Assembly (NCBI GenBank): GCA_963707635.1
Contig: OY970173.1
Location: 2,272,001 to 2,336,000 of the forward strand
Direction of reading: 5' to 3'
DNA: 64,000 nucleotides
Origin: Candidatus Latescibacterota bacterium
GTDB lineage: Bacteria > Krumholzibacteriota > Krumholzibacteriia > WVZY01 > JAKEHA01
Within the stretch, counting starts at the first letter, position 1; every line of letters begins with the position of its first letter. The position numbers and the translations under genes were made by a program. This document shows positions 19,816 to 29,728 of this stretch, piece after piece. The notes below the pieces were generated by a model. It searched no databases, was not told where the DNA came from, and was given only the letters and a program-made list of their open reading frames with translations.

Positions 19816-22800
19816 CTAGCCCCCGAGCCCGACCGGCACCAGCCGCACGTTGCTCGCCCCGATCGAGGCGGACAGCCCCGACACCAGGGCGGAGTCGACG
19901 CGCACCCCCGCGCTGCGAGCGCGAATCAGGTAGGCGCGGCGGCCGCCCTCGCGCACGTGGAAGAACACGCGCGCGTCGCCGCTGTGCTCCGAAAGGACGC
20001 GCTTCAAGTCGAGCACCTTTTCCTCCGCGAGCGCGTCCAGGTCGAGCGTCACGTGCACTTCCCGGTACGGGGTCTGCGCCCCGTTCGTCCCGGTTTCGAC
20101 CGGGATGACGACGTTGACCAGCACCTTGCCGTCGCCGCCGTTGCGGCGCGAGACCCTCCCTTCCACCACCACCACCGCGTTCTCGGCGATCGAGCGCCGC
20201 GATTTCTCCAGCACGTCGCTGAACATCACCACTTCCGCCTGTCCCTCCGGGTCCTCCAGGGTCACGAAGGCCATTTGCCGCTGGTTGCGGTCGGTCGCGA
20301 ACTTGACCGCCGTCACCATCCCTCCGACCACCGCCCGCTCGCCGGCCGCCATCTCGCGCAGATCCCTCGAACAGGTGGTGCGAATCATGGTGATCAGATC
20401 CCGGTAGCGGTCGAGCGGGTGGCCGGTGAGGAAGAACCCGAGCGCCTCCTTCTCCTTCTGCAGCTGCTCCTGCGCCGGCCACGGCTCCACGTCGGGCAGC
20501 GGCGCCTCGTCCGGCTGCTCGCCGCCTTCTCCAAACAGGCCGAACTGGCCGCGTTCCGCGTCGCGCAGCCGGCGCGCCGCGCGCTCCATGACGGCGTCGA
20601 GCGCGGCCATCTTCTGGGCGCGGTGGCCGGGCATGGTATCCAGGGTGCCGGCCGCGATCAGGCTTTCGTACACGCGCCGCGTCACCAGGCGGCTGTTGAG
20701 GCGCGAACAGAGGTGCTCGAGCGACCGGAACGCACCGCCCGTGTCGCGTTCCTCGACGATCCTCTCGACCGCCGCCATGCCCACGTTCTTGACCGCGCCG
20801 AGGCCGTAGAAGATACGCCCCGCGCGCGCCTGGAACTCGGGGGCGCACGTGTTCAGATTCGGGGCTACCACCTCGATGCCGAGCTCGCGGCAGTCGTCCA
20901 TCAGCACCATGATGCGGTCGGTGTCGTCGACTTCGCTGGAAAGCGTCGCCGCCATGAACTCTGCCGCGTAGTGGGCCTTGAGAAACGCGGTGCGAATCGA
21001 CAGCACGGCGTACGCCGCGCTGTGCGACTTGTTGAACCCGTATTCGGCGAACTTCTCCATCTGGGAGAAGATCCGTTCCGCGGCGGCCTTCTGAATGCCG
21101 CGCGCCTTCGCGCCGTCGAGGAACTTGCGCCGCTGCTCCGCCATCACGTCCTTCTGCTTCTTCCCCATCGCCTTGCGCAGCAGGTCGGCCTCGCCCAGCG
21201 AAAAGCCTCCCATTTCGCTGGCGATGCGCATCACCTGCTCCTGGTAGAGAATGACGCCGTAGGTGTCGCACAGGATCGGCTTGAGCATCTCGTGCTCGTA
21301 CTCGATGGCGCGCCGGCCGTGCTTGCAGTCCACGAAATGGGTGACCATGTCGCTACCGAGCGGGCCGGGGCGGTAGAGCGCGTTGACGGCCACGACGTCG
21401 TGGAACCCGGTCGGCTTGAGATTCTTCAGGAGCTCGCGCATGCCCGCGCTCTCGAGCTGGAAGACGCCCACCGTGCGCCCCGCGCGCAGCAACTCGTACG
21501 TCGCCTCGTCCTCCAGCGGGATGTCGTCGGTCCGCAGCGTGCGCCCGTGGTTATCGGTCACCATGCGCAGCGTTTTGTCGATCACGGTGAGCGTGCGCAA
21601 CCCCAGGACGTCGATCTTGAGCAGCCCGATCGCATCCACGCTCTTCATGTCGTACTGGGTGGTGATTTCGTCGCGGTTCGACTTGTACAGCGGAACGTGG
21701 TTCACGAGCGGCGTCGGCGTGATGATGATGCCCGCCGCGTGCGTTGACGCGTGGCGCGAGAGGCCTTCCAGCGTCAGCGAGAGCTTGACGAGCCGCCGGT
21801 AGTCGCCGCTGCTCTCCACCAGCGTCTTCAACTCCGGGATGGATTCGATCGAGTCCTTGAGCGACGTCCCCGGGGTGCCGGGAACGAGCTTCGCGATGCG
21901 GTCGACCTCGTCGTAGGGAACCTTGAGCACCCGGCCGACGTCGCGCAGCACCGCTCGCGCCGCCATGGTCCCGAAGGTGATGATCTGGCAGACGTTGTCT
22001 TTGCCGTAGCGCTCGATCACGTAGCGGATCACTTCGTCGCGCCGCTCGAAGCAGAAATCGATATCGATGTCCGGCATGCTGATGCGTTCCGGATTGAGCA
22101 TGCGCTCGAAGAGCAGGCCGTGCGCGAGCGGATCCACGTCGGTGATGCCGACCGCGTAAGTCACCAGACTCCCTGCCGCGCTGCCGCGCCCCGGCCCAAC
22201 CGGAATATCCCGGCTGCGGGCGTAGTCGACGATGTCGCGCACGATCAGGAAGTATCCGTCGAACCCCATCTTTGCGATCACCGACAGCTCGAAGTCGAGG
22301 CGCTGCGTGATTTCGGCCGTGACGGAGCCGTAGCGCCGCGCCGCGCCCTGGTACGCGAGGTGGCGCAGGTAGTCGGAATTGCTTGCGAACCCCTCCGGGA
22401 GCGGAAAGCGCGGCAGGTGGAGCGCTCCCTCGGTCAGCTTGACGTCGCATGCTTCCGCGATGGCGAGGGTGTTCTCGAGCGCGCGGGCGTCGTCGGGAAA
22501 GAGCGCCGCCATCTCCGCCGGCGTCTTGAAAAAAAGTTCGGTGGTGGTGAAGCGAAAGCGCTTGGGGTCGTCGATGTCGCTGCCGGTCTGCAGGCACAGG
22601 AGCACCTCGTGCGCCTCGGCGTCGTCCTTGCCGAGGTAGTGCACGTCGTTGGACACCGTTAGCGGGATGCCGGTGTCGCGCGACAGGCGGCGGTAGATCT
22701 CGTTGAGCTGCTTCTGCGGCTCGAGGCCGTGGTCCTGCATCTCGATGTAGAAGCGCCCCTCGCCGAGCACGTCGCGGTAGCGAAACGCGCAATCCCGGGC

Positions 22801-23271
22801 GGCCTCGATCCCCTCGCTCAGCGCAAGCTGCGCGACCGTGCCGCGCAGGCACGCGGTGGTTCCGATCAGCCCGGCGGAGTGCGCCGCGAGCGTTTCGAAA
22901 TCGATCCGCGGCTTGTAGTAGAAACCCTCGAGGTACGCAATCGACGAGAGCCGCACCAGGTTGTGGTACCCCTCGAGGGTGCGGGCGAGCAGGATCAGGT
23001 GGTCGGTCTGCGACGGCTCGCCCTTCTTGCGCCCGCGATCGTGGCGGCTGCCGCGCGTGATGTACGCCTCCATGCCGAGGATGGGCTTCACCCCGGCGCG
23101 TCTCGCCGCGTGGTAGAAATGGATCGCGCCGAAGAGATTGCCGTGGTCCGTCAGCGCGACCGCGGGCATGTCGAGCTCCTTCGCGCGGCGGACGAGGTCG
23201 CCGACCTTGATCGACCCGTCGAGCAGGCTGTACTCGGAATGCGCGTGCAGATGAACGAATGGTGCGGGCAT
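19816..23271 (-). CDS. dnaE: DNA polymerase III alpha subunit
   Basis: FVHLHAHSEYSLLDG (PHP domain), GPGRGSAAGSLV, PDIDIDF, FAEYGFNKSHSAAY; no intein-size insertion. Confidence 0.98.
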   Translation of the reverse strand: MPAPFVHLHAHSEYSLLDGSIKVGDLVRRAKELDMPAVALTDHGNLFGAIHFYHAARRAGVKPILGMEAYITRGSRHDRGRKKGEPSQTDHLILLARTLEGYHNLVRLSSIAYLEGFYYKPRIDFETLAAHSAGLIGTTACLRGTVAQLALSEGIEAARDCAFRYRDVLGEGRFYIEMQDHGLEPQKQLNEIYRRLSRDTGIPLTVSNDVHYLGKDDAEAHEVLLCLQTGSDIDDPKRFRFTTTELFFKTPAEMAALFPDDARALENTLAIAEACDVKLTEGALHLPRFPLPEGFASNSDYLRHLAYQGAARRYGSVTAEITQRLDFELSVIAKMGFDGYFLIVRDIVDYARSRDIPVGPGRGSAAGSLVTYAVGITDVDPLAHGLLFERMLNPERISMPDIDIDFCFERRDEVIRYVIERYGKDNVCQIITFGTMAARAVLRDVGRVLKVPYDEVDRIAKLVPGTPGTSLKDSIESIPELKTLVESSGDYRRLVKLSLTLEGLSRHASTHAAGIIITPTPLVNHVPLYKSNRDEITTQYDMKSVDAIGLLKIDVLGLRTLTVIDKTLRMVTDNHGRTLRTDDIPLEDEATYELLRAGRTVGVFQLESAGMRELLKNLKPTGFHDVVAVNALYRPGPLGSDMVTHFVDCKHGRRAIEYEHEMLKPILCDTYGVILYQEQVMRIASEMGGFSLGEADLLRKAMGKKQKDVMAEQRRKFLDGAKARGIQKAAAERIFSQMEKFAEYGFNKSHSAAYAVLSIRTAFLKAHYAAEFMAATLSSEVDDTDRIMVLMDDCRELGIEVVAPNLNTCAPEFQARAGRIFYGLGAVKNVGMAAVERIVEERDTGGAFRSLEHLCSRLNSRLVTRRVYESLIAAGTLDTMPGHRAQKMAALDAVMERAARRLRDAERGQFGLFGEGGEQPDEAPLPDVEPWPAQEQLQKEKEALGFFLTGHPLDRYRDLITMIRTTCSRDLREMAAGERAVVGGMVTAVKFATDRNQRQMAFVTLEDPEGQAEVVMFSDVLEKSRRSIAENAVVVVEGRVSRRNGGDGKVLVNVVIPVETGTNGAQTPYREVHVTLDLDALAEEKVLDLKRVLSEHSGDARVFFHVREGGRRAYLIRARSAGVRVDSALVSGLSASIGASNVRLVPVGLGG

Positions 23272-23296
23272 AGGCGCGTGGCTACCGGTTGGCGCG

Positions 23297-25225
23297 CTAA
23301 CGCGCGTCGAGCTCGATGGTCGTGTCGAGAACCGACGAGTTGCCGATTCGGTCGAACGCGACGACACGGACGGACTGCGATCCGATTATAGGTTCGCCGT
23401 CGAGCGAGACAACGACTTTCTTGCCGAGAAAGTCCCAGCGCACCACGCGGCGCCGGCCCCCGACCCAGACGCGCAGGCGCGCCTCGTCGAATCCGGACCC
23501 GGCGTCGTCTACCGGAATATCCAGCTCCTGGACGACCGCCCCGGTCGCGTACGACACGACCGCGCGCGGGCGCGGACTGCCGAGCTTCGGGGCGGTCTCG
23601 TCGCGGAACACCGCGAAGACGCCCGGGCGGGCGGTCGCCGCCGCCAGGACACCACTCGAATCCCGCCGCGACGCCAGAAAACTCCACCCGTTCGAGCTGT
23701 CGAGGCGGTAGATCGCGTCCTTCTCCGTCGCCACCCCGGCCTCGACGCGCACCGTCGCGTCGTGCCGGAGCACGAGGCCCACCGGGCCCACCCGCACGGC
23801 CCGCGTGCGGCGGACGAGCTCGCGTCCGGCCCGCTCGGGGGCGTCCACGCCGCGTAGATAGACGACCGCATCCCCGTAGAGCGCCCCGGCCGGGACGTCG
23901 AACGCGAGTCCCAGGGCGGGAACGACCACCGGTTCCCGCCGGGCGGCGTTCACGCCGGCCACGTACACCACCGCCGTGTCCCGGTCTGCATACGCCGCCA
24001 ACGGCCGGGCCCGACCAGCTACGTCGGTCGCCCGGATCACCACCACGGGACCCTCCCCATGGTCGCCACGGTGCCGGGGGCGCGTGGGCCCCAGCGGGAT
24101 CACGGCAAAGTCGCCGCCGAAGTACGCCCCGTCGAGGTCGAGAGCGAGCACGTCGGCGCGGAACCGCTTGGAGGAGCGGGACGCGCCCCCGTCGTCCAGC
24201 TTATAAATGAACAAGAGTTCGCACCGATTCCCGGCCACGTCGGCGACCACCACCCGCGCGGAGTCGGCCCGGCCCGGTATCGCCACCAGCGCACCGTCGC
24301 GCGTGAACTCGCCGAACGCCGCCGGAGCGCCTTGCGGCGCGAAGAGCTGGTAGAGCACCATGCCCCGCGCGCGCATCGCGCCCGCGTGGTAGAGCAGGTC
24401 GACATCATCCGCGCGGTCGAAGGTGAAGCGCTCCAGCCTGATTCGCGCCATCAGCGAATCGAACCGCTCGACGCGGAAATCATAGGGAGCGAGGCTTCCC
24501 GATTCCGCGTTGGCGCGATCGACCGCCGTCACTGCCACCCCCACCGCGCCGCGGATCCGCAGGGTGTCGTCGAGCTCGTAGCGCCCGTCCCCCCGGCGGC
24601 GGGGCCTCGTCTCCAGCGGCATCGGACTCCCGTTGACACTGGCTCCCGCCTCGAGCGGCACGAACACCACCCGGGTCAACCCGGGACGCAGGTGATCGCC
24701 AACCGGGAGTCCATGGACAAACGGATTGACCGGCGCGTCGTCCGGGTCACGGATCTCCAGATGGAGATGAGGAGCGGTCGCCCCCGTCGCGCCGGAGTAG
24801 GCGATCACCTCCCCCGCCCGCACCCGAAAACGATTCGGCGGCAGCCGGACATCGACCGCGTAGGTGGTATCGCGCGCCTGTTGGCTGCGAAGGGTGTCCT
24901 CGAGCGCGGGCGCGAACTCGGTCAGATGTGCGTACACCACCTGCATCCCCGAATCCAGCGTCAGGTGGAGCGCCCGGCCGTAGCCGCGGGACGACGCGCG
25001 CATGCGCGAGACCCAGCCGTCCGCCACGGCGAGGCACGGGACCCCCTCGCGGCCGAAGGTTCGCACGTCCAGGCCGGCGTGGAAGCGGCCGTCCCGGTAC
25101 TCGCAGAAGTTCGACGACACCGCGGGGTCCAGCGGGACCGGCCAGCGCCACGCGCCGTCGTCCGCCGCGGCGCCGACGACGGCGGCGGAGAGCGCGCGCA
25201 TTAGAATGAGAAAAGATCGAGTCAT
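23297..25225 (-). CDS. M23-family metallopeptidase with long C-terminal region
   Basis: HAGLD (HxxxD), YAHL and PHLHLEIR (HxH) motifs; signal peptide. Confidence 0.85.
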   Translation of the reverse strand: MTRSFLILMRALSAAVVGAAADDGAWRWPVPLDPAVSSNFCEYRDGRFHAGLDVRTFGREGVPCLAVADGWVSRMRASSRGYGRALHLTLDSGMQVVYAHLTEFAPALEDTLRSQQARDTTYAVDVRLPPNRFRVRAGEVIAYSGATGATAPHLHLEIRDPDDAPVNPFVHGLPVGDHLRPGLTRVVFVPLEAGASVNGSPMPLETRPRRRGDGRYELDDTLRIRGAVGVAVTAVDRANAESGSLAPYDFRVERFDSLMARIRLERFTFDRADDVDLLYHAGAMRARGMVLYQLFAPQGAPAAFGEFTRDGALVAIPGRADSARVVVADVAGNRCELLFIYKLDDGGASRSSKRFRADVLALDLDGAYFGGDFAVIPLGPTRPRHRGDHGEGPVVVIRATDVAGRARPLAAYADRDTAVVYVAGVNAARREPVVVPALGLAFDVPAGALYGDAVVYLRGVDAPERAGRELVRRTRAVRVGPVGLVLRHDATVRVEAGVATEKDAIYRLDSSNGWSFLASRRDSSGVLAAATARPGVFAVFRDETAPKLGSPRPRAVVSYATGAVVQELDIPVDDAGSGFDEARLRVWVGGRRRVVRWDFLGKKVVVSLDGEPIIGSQSVRVVAFDRIGNSSVLDTTIELDAR

Positions 25226-25349
25226 GATGTGGTTTGCGCGCGCGCCGGGGCGTCGGGCACGCGGAGCGCGGGGACGCTAGCACCCGGCCGTCGCTCGTGT
25301 CAAAGACAAGCACACCCGCCCCCGCGCGCTCCTGCACCGGATTGCGCGC

Positions 25350-25379
25350 TTGTCACTCAAACCGACCCTGTGGTACATT
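25350..25379 (+). promoter_or_regulatory. Putative sigma70 promoter (TTGTCA-N18-TACATT, extended -10)
   Basis: Upstream of the SurA/PpiD-like gene in a divergent intergenic region. Confidence 0.45.
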
Positions 25380-25464
25380 GCCCACTTGGCATGTGGCAAC
25401 GATTCAAGCGGTTGGCGCCGTCGCCGGACCGCGGACCGCGCAGGAGTGGAGTGGTGATGTCGGT

Positions 25465-27249
25465 ATGATGAAGCAGATGCGGGAGGGCACCAAGGTCATC
25501 CTGTGGGTGGTGGTGATCGCGTTCGTGATCACGATCTTCGCGGTGTGGGGTCTCGACCTCCAGTCCGGAAGCACGGGTCAGAAACAGAACGAAGTCGGCC
25601 GCGTCAACGGAGTTCCCGTCTCCGCGCAGACCTACCAGCAGATCTACTCGCAGCTGGCACAGCAGTTCCGCGCCCAGGGTTCCGGCGAGCTCTCCGCCGC
25701 CCAGCAGGAGCTCGTCCGCGAGCAGGCCTGGGACAACATCGTTTCGAACATCATCACCGGCGAAGAGATCAAGAAACTCGGTATCGGCGTGACCGACGAC
25801 GAGGTCCTCACCTACCTGCGCCAGTCGCCGCCCCCGGAGGTCCAGCAGTACTTCAAGCGCGACGACGGGTCGTTCGACTACGCCGCCTATCAGGCCGCGC
25901 TGAACAACCCGGAGGCGGATTGGACGGCGGTGGAGGAACTCGCGCGGCAACGAATTCCGGTGCTGAAACTGAACACCTACCTGATGGCGCAGGTACACGT
26001 GTCCGCGACGGAAGTCAGGCGCGCGTATGACGAAGAGAACGTCAAGCTCATCGCCGAGTACGTTGAATTTCCCATCGAAGCGGAGGACGTCGGGAACTGG
26101 GCGCCGTCGGACGCCGACGTGCAGGCCTTCTACGACGCCCACCCGGATCGATTCCAGGACGTGGAAAAGGCGACGTTGGAGTACGTTCGCGTTCCCATCG
26201 CGCCCTCGCCACGCGACCGCGCCGACCTCCTCTTTTCCGCCGCGCAGATTCGCAGCGACGCGATCGCAGGGGACTTCGCCGACGTCGCGAAAACCTATTC
26301 CGAGGCGCAGACCGCCAGCGTGGGCGGCGAGACCGGTTTCCTCGACCGTTCGCAGCGCGACGAGGCCGTCATGAAGGCGGTCGATTCGCTCAAGCCGGGC
26401 GGAACCAGCGAGCCGGTCACCACACCAGACGGCGTGTACGTGGTACAGCTGGTCGAGACGAAGAAGGAGAAGGGTGTCACCAAGTGCAACCTGCGCGAGA
26501 TCTTCCTCAAGCTCTCCGCCGGCTCCGAGACCGTCGATTCATTGACCGCGATCGCGCAGGATATCCATCAGCGCGCCGCCGACGGCGGCGACCTCGCGGC
26601 GGCCGCGCAGGCTCACGGACTCGAGGTCCAGGCCACGGGCACCTTCGGCCGGGGTGTCATCCCGGGGCTCGGCTATGTTCCGTCGGTCACTCGCTTCGCG
26701 TTCACGAGCGAGGCCGGCCAGATCAGCGGAGTCCTCTCCGACGACCACAACCTGTTCGTGTGTCGCGCGGGCGGACGCACGCCCGCGACCGCGCGGCCGC
26801 TGACCGAGGTCGCGGACGTGATTCGTCAGGACCTGGTTCGCCAGCACAAGGTCGACCTCGCGCTGCGCAAGGCGGAGGGGTTCCGCAAGACCGCAACCCT
26901 GCCGGACATGCCCTTTGCACGGGCCGCCGCCCAGTACGGGTTTCGCGTCGCCAAGACCGATTCGTTCACCGTCTACCAGCCGCCCGCAGGGATGGCGCCG
27001 CAAAGCGAGTTCGCGCGCGGCGCGCTGGCCAGCGAGCCGGGAATGGTGGGAGGCGCCGTCGAGAGTGGGAATTCGGTGTACGTGATCCGTCTGATCGGGC
27101 GCGTCAGCCCCGCCACCGAGGTGTTCAAGTCTCGGGCGCCGGCGCTGCTGCAGCAGCTTCGCGATCAGAAGATCCAGGCCTACGTGATGTACTGGTACAA
27201 CGACCTCAAGGAAAAGAGCAAAGTCGAAGACTTGCGGCAGGCGCTCTAG
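25465..27249 (+). CDS. PpiD/SurA-like membrane-anchored periplasmic chaperone (parvulin PPIase)
   Basis: MMKQMRE..ILWVVVIAFV anchor, VGRVNG, FADVAKTYSE..GGETGF, SEPVTTPDGVYVVQ; ends VEDLR. Confidence 0.88.
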   Translation: MMKQMREGTKVILWVVVIAFVITIFAVWGLDLQSGSTGQKQNEVGRVNGVPVSAQTYQQIYSQLAQQFRAQGSGELSAAQQELVREQAWDNIVSNIITGEEIKKLGIGVTDDEVLTYLRQSPPPEVQQYFKRDDGSFDYAAYQAALNNPEADWTAVEELARQRIPVLKLNTYLMAQVHVSATEVRRAYDEENVKLIAEYVEFPIEAEDVGNWAPSDADVQAFYDAHPDRFQDVEKATLEYVRVPIAPSPRDRADLLFSAAQIRSDAIAGDFADVAKTYSEAQTASVGGETGFLDRSQRDEAVMKAVDSLKPGGTSEPVTTPDGVYVVQLVETKKEKGVTKCNLREIFLKLSAGSETVDSLTAIAQDIHQRAADGGDLAAAAQAHGLEVQATGTFGRGVIPGLGYVPSVTRFAFTSEAGQISGVLSDDHNLFVCRAGGRTPATARPLTEVADVIRQDLVRQHKVDLALRKAEGFRKTATLPDMPFARAAAQYGFRVAKTDSFTVYQPPAGMAPQSEFARGALASEPGMVGGAVESGNSVYVIRLIGRVSPATEVFKSRAPALLQQLRDQKIQAYVMYWYNDLKEKSKVEDLRQAL

Positions 27250-27267
27250 CTCCCGAGCGCAGCCCCC

Positions 27268-27416
27268 GCGCGCCAACTACTTCACGGAGTTCACGGCGCG
27301 CGGAGGGAGGGCTCCCGCTCGCGGGACACCCGACGCGCGCTCACTGCCTCACGGGGTCACGGCGCGCGGAGGGAGGGCTCCCGCTCGCGGGACACCCGAC
27401 GCGCGCCCACTACCTC
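27268..27416. repeat. Intergenic tandem repeat, 66-bp period, about 2.3 copies, with internal palindromes (REP/BIME-like)
   Basis: TCACGGCGCGCGGAGGGAGGGCTCCCGCTCGCGGGACACCCGACGCGCGC starts at 27291 and again at 27357; a degenerate partial copy precedes it. Confidence 0.9.
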
Positions 27417-27625
27417 TACTCAGGCTTCTTGTCGACGGGCTTCTCGCTGGTCGCGGACGTGATTTCGTCCTGCGCCTCGCGCGTCGCCGATTTGAACTTC
27501 CGGATGGACTTGCCGAGCGCGTCCGCGAATTCGGGCAGACGCTTGGGGCCGAAGATGACGAGGACGATGATCAGGATGATGACCAGCTCGTTCCAGCCGA
27601 TCGGTCCGATGAATGCGAACAACAT
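27416..27625 (-). CDS. tatA: Twin-arginine translocase TatA/E subunit
   Basis: IGWNELVIILIIVLVIFGPKRLPE..GKSIRKFK; GGAGG SD. Confidence 0.95.
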   Translation of the reverse strand: MLFAFIGPIGWNELVIILIIVLVIFGPKRLPEFADALGKSIRKFKSATREAQDEITSATSEKPVDKKPE

Positions 27626-27640
27626 GACTCCTCCAGCGCG

Positions 27641-27913
27641 CTACCAGGCGTAGCGCAAGAACACGAGCACCACGAAGATCCCGATCACGCTCATCAGGTT
27701 CACGCGCAGCGAAAATCCGAGCGTGAAGCTGAACACCACGAGATCGACGTGGACCGGACCGACGTGCAGATCGGTCGCGTTCACGAATACGTCGCGGATC
27801 AGTTTTCCTTCCGGGAGCACGAGGCCCACAGCCTCGCCGAGGACGGTTCCCACGACGATTCCGAGAAACAGGGTCAGCGCGACGAGCGCGAGCGGCCGCC
27901 TTCGCGACGACAA
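27641..27913 (-). CDS. DUF4321-like small membrane protein
   Basis: Two hydrophobic segments, DLVVFSFTLGFSLRVNLMSVIG; TTG start with AGGAGG SD. Confidence 0.75.
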   Translation of the reverse strand: MSSRRRPLALVALTLFLGIVVGTVLGEAVGLVLPEGKLIRDVFVNATDLHVGPVHVDLVVFSFTLGFSLRVNLMSVIGIFVVLVFLRYAW

Positions 27914-27974
27914 CGGGACCTCCTACACCGGTTTCACAACCTTGGTTCCAGAGCCGAGCATACGGGAGTGCGTG

Positions 27975-28445
27975 CTACTCCGCCAAGTCCTTTTCCCGCT
28001 TCCAACCCAGCTCGAGCGCCCGGTAATCCGCGCCGAGAATGAGCGACGCGTCTTCGAAGGCGCCCCGGTCGAGCTGCCGCACGACGTGCCCGCACCCGAT
28101 CGCTTCCGCCAGTAACTCCACCTCGCCGCCGCGTTTCCGCGCCACCAGGATGGACTCCCGGTAGTCGAAGCGCTCGGCGTTGCCCACCTCCACCACCTCG
28201 ACTCCGAGCCGGGCCAGCCCCGCCTGGGCGTCGGCAGCGATCCCGGGGATTCCGGTCCCGTTCAGGAGTGCGACGCGCAGCGGGCGCGACTTGCCGTCGT
28301 CACCAATCTGCCGGACGAACAGCCCGAACGTGATCGACGCCGCGCACAGCACGAGCACGAGCGTCGAAAGCCCGACCGCGATTCGCTGGCCGAGCCCGCC
28401 GCGTACGGCGCGGCGATTGCGTTTCCTGCGTGATCGGTTCGCCAT
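27975..28445 (-). CDS. LytR C-terminal-domain membrane protein
   Basis: TM anchor; VALLNGTGIPGIA, VGNAE, LILGADY. Confidence 0.85.
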   Translation of the reverse strand: MANRSRRKRNRRAVRGGLGQRIAVGLSTLVLVLCAASITFGLFVRQIGDDGKSRPLRVALLNGTGIPGIAADAQAGLARLGVEVVEVGNAERFDYRESILVARKRGGEVELLAEAIGCGHVVRQLDRGAFEDASLILGADYRALELGWKREKDLAE

Positions 28446-28465
28446 CTCACCTCCGAGCGCGGGCG

Positions 28466-28951
28466 CTACGCGCTCGCCAACGCTTTCAGCAACCGTTGGT
28501 ACGTGTCGTCCGGACTCTCGGAGACCACGCGTGTCTCGCCGATCGCGGACATGAAATTCGTGTCACCCTGCCAGCGCGGAACCACGTGCATGTGGAAGTG
28601 CCCCACGATCCCGGCGCCCGCGCTGCGTCCGAGATTCGCGCCGACGTTCACGCCGTCGGGCTGGTAGGCGGCGGCCAGCGCGCGCTCGCACTTCGCCAGC
28701 AGGTGGACCAGCTCCGCGCCTTCGGCGGCGTCGAAATCGCTCATACGCTCGACGTGGCGGTTACACACCACCATCGTGTGCCCGGTGGTGTACGGGTATC
28801 GATTGATCACGACGAACCAGTGGCGGCCGCGCTCCAGGATGAGGTTGGCGCGATCGTCCGGAGAGGAAACCAGGGCACAGAACAGACAGCCGCGTTCGGG
28901 TTCGCCCATCAGGTATGCCGATCTCCACGGCGCATACAGCCTTCCCATCAT
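28466..28951 (-). CDS. HIT-family hydrolase (Ap4A phosphorylase-like)
   Basis: LYAPWR, CLFC, NRYPYTTGH, HFHMHVVPRWQGD. Confidence 0.92.
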   Translation of the reverse strand: MMGRLYAPWRSAYLMGEPERGCLFCALVSSPDDRANLILERGRHWFVVINRYPYTTGHTMVVCNRHVERMSDFDAAEGAELVHLLAKCERALAAAYQPDGVNVGANLGRSAGAGIVGHFHMHVVPRWQGDTNFMSAIGETRVVSESPDDTYQRLLKALASA

Positions 28952-29694
28952 GGCGCATCGCCGACGACGAACCGCCGCACGGCCTCGAGCTCCTCGGGGT
29001 TGTTCACCCCCGCCACCTCGCGGGGGTCGTCGACGCGAAAGGCACCCACGGGGCGCCCCTCGGTTCGCAACAGCCCGATCACATCGGTGAGGTAGTACTC
29101 GTTCTGCGAATTGCGCCGTCCCACCCGCTTCAGCGCCGGGAACAGCGCGTCGGCCTCGAAACAAAACAGCCCCGAGTTGACTTCGCGCAGCGCGAGCTCC
29201 TCCGGGGACGCGTCCTTGTGTTCCACGATGCGCAGCAATTGCCCCTGCGCGTCGCGCACGATGCGGCCGTAGCCGGCCGGGTCCTCCAGCTCCGCGGTCA
29301 GCACCGTCGCCACCGAGCCGGCGCGATGGTGCGCGCCCACGAAGCGACGGATGGTCTCGGCCCGAAGCCCCGGCACATCGCCGTTGAGTACCACCACCGT
29401 GCCGTCGAACGCCGCGAGCGCGGGGGCCGCCTGTACCACCGCGTGGCCGGTTCCCAGTTGCTCTCGCTGGCGCACGAATTCCACCCCGGTGCCCGCGCAC
29501 GCGCTCTCCACGCGCTCCGCCTGGTAGCCGGTCACCACCACCACCCGTTCCGGCGCGAGCTGGCGCACGGTGTCGATCACGTGAAGGATCATCGGCCGGC
29601 CGCCGATGGGGTGGAGCACCTTGGGAAGGTCGGAGTTCATCCGCTTTCCCATCCCGGCGCCCAGGATCACCACCGCTAGTTTCGATCGCTCCAT
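28948..29694 (-). CDS. GlmU-like uridylyltransferase, N-terminal domain only
   Basis: ILGAGMGKRMNSDLPKVLH, QLGTGHAV, GYGRIVR, EYYLTD, GVNN; ends before any hexapeptide acetyltransferase domain. Confidence 0.88.
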   Translation of the reverse strand: MERSKLAVVILGAGMGKRMNSDLPKVLHPIGGRPMILHVIDTVRQLAPERVVVVTGYQAERVESACAGTGVEFVRQREQLGTGHAVVQAAPALAAFDGTVVVLNGDVPGLRAETIRRFVGAHHRAGSVATVLTAELEDPAGYGRIVRDAQGQLLRIVEHKDASPEELALREVNSGLFCFEADALFPALKRVGRRNSQNEYYLTDVIGLLRTEGRPVGAFRVDDPREVAGVNNPEELEAVRRFVVGDAP

Positions 29695-29728
29695 CGGCGG
29701 GCCGCTCCCCGCGCGCCTCGCGCGGTCG

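Noticed and set aside
18950..21271. 773-aa ORF overlapping dnaE, and similar upstream extensions of panC, HIT and the paralogue pair
   Set aside because: Only the 3' parts are protein-like; the extensions are alternate frames of neighbouring genes
25386..25401. Sigma54 promoter before the SurA-like gene (TTGGCATGTGGCAACG)
   Set aside because: The -12 TTGC element is missing
27268..27416. Possible mini CRISPR array
   Set aside because: The 50-bp core is too long, the 16-bp linkers are too short and resemble each other, and there are no cas genes
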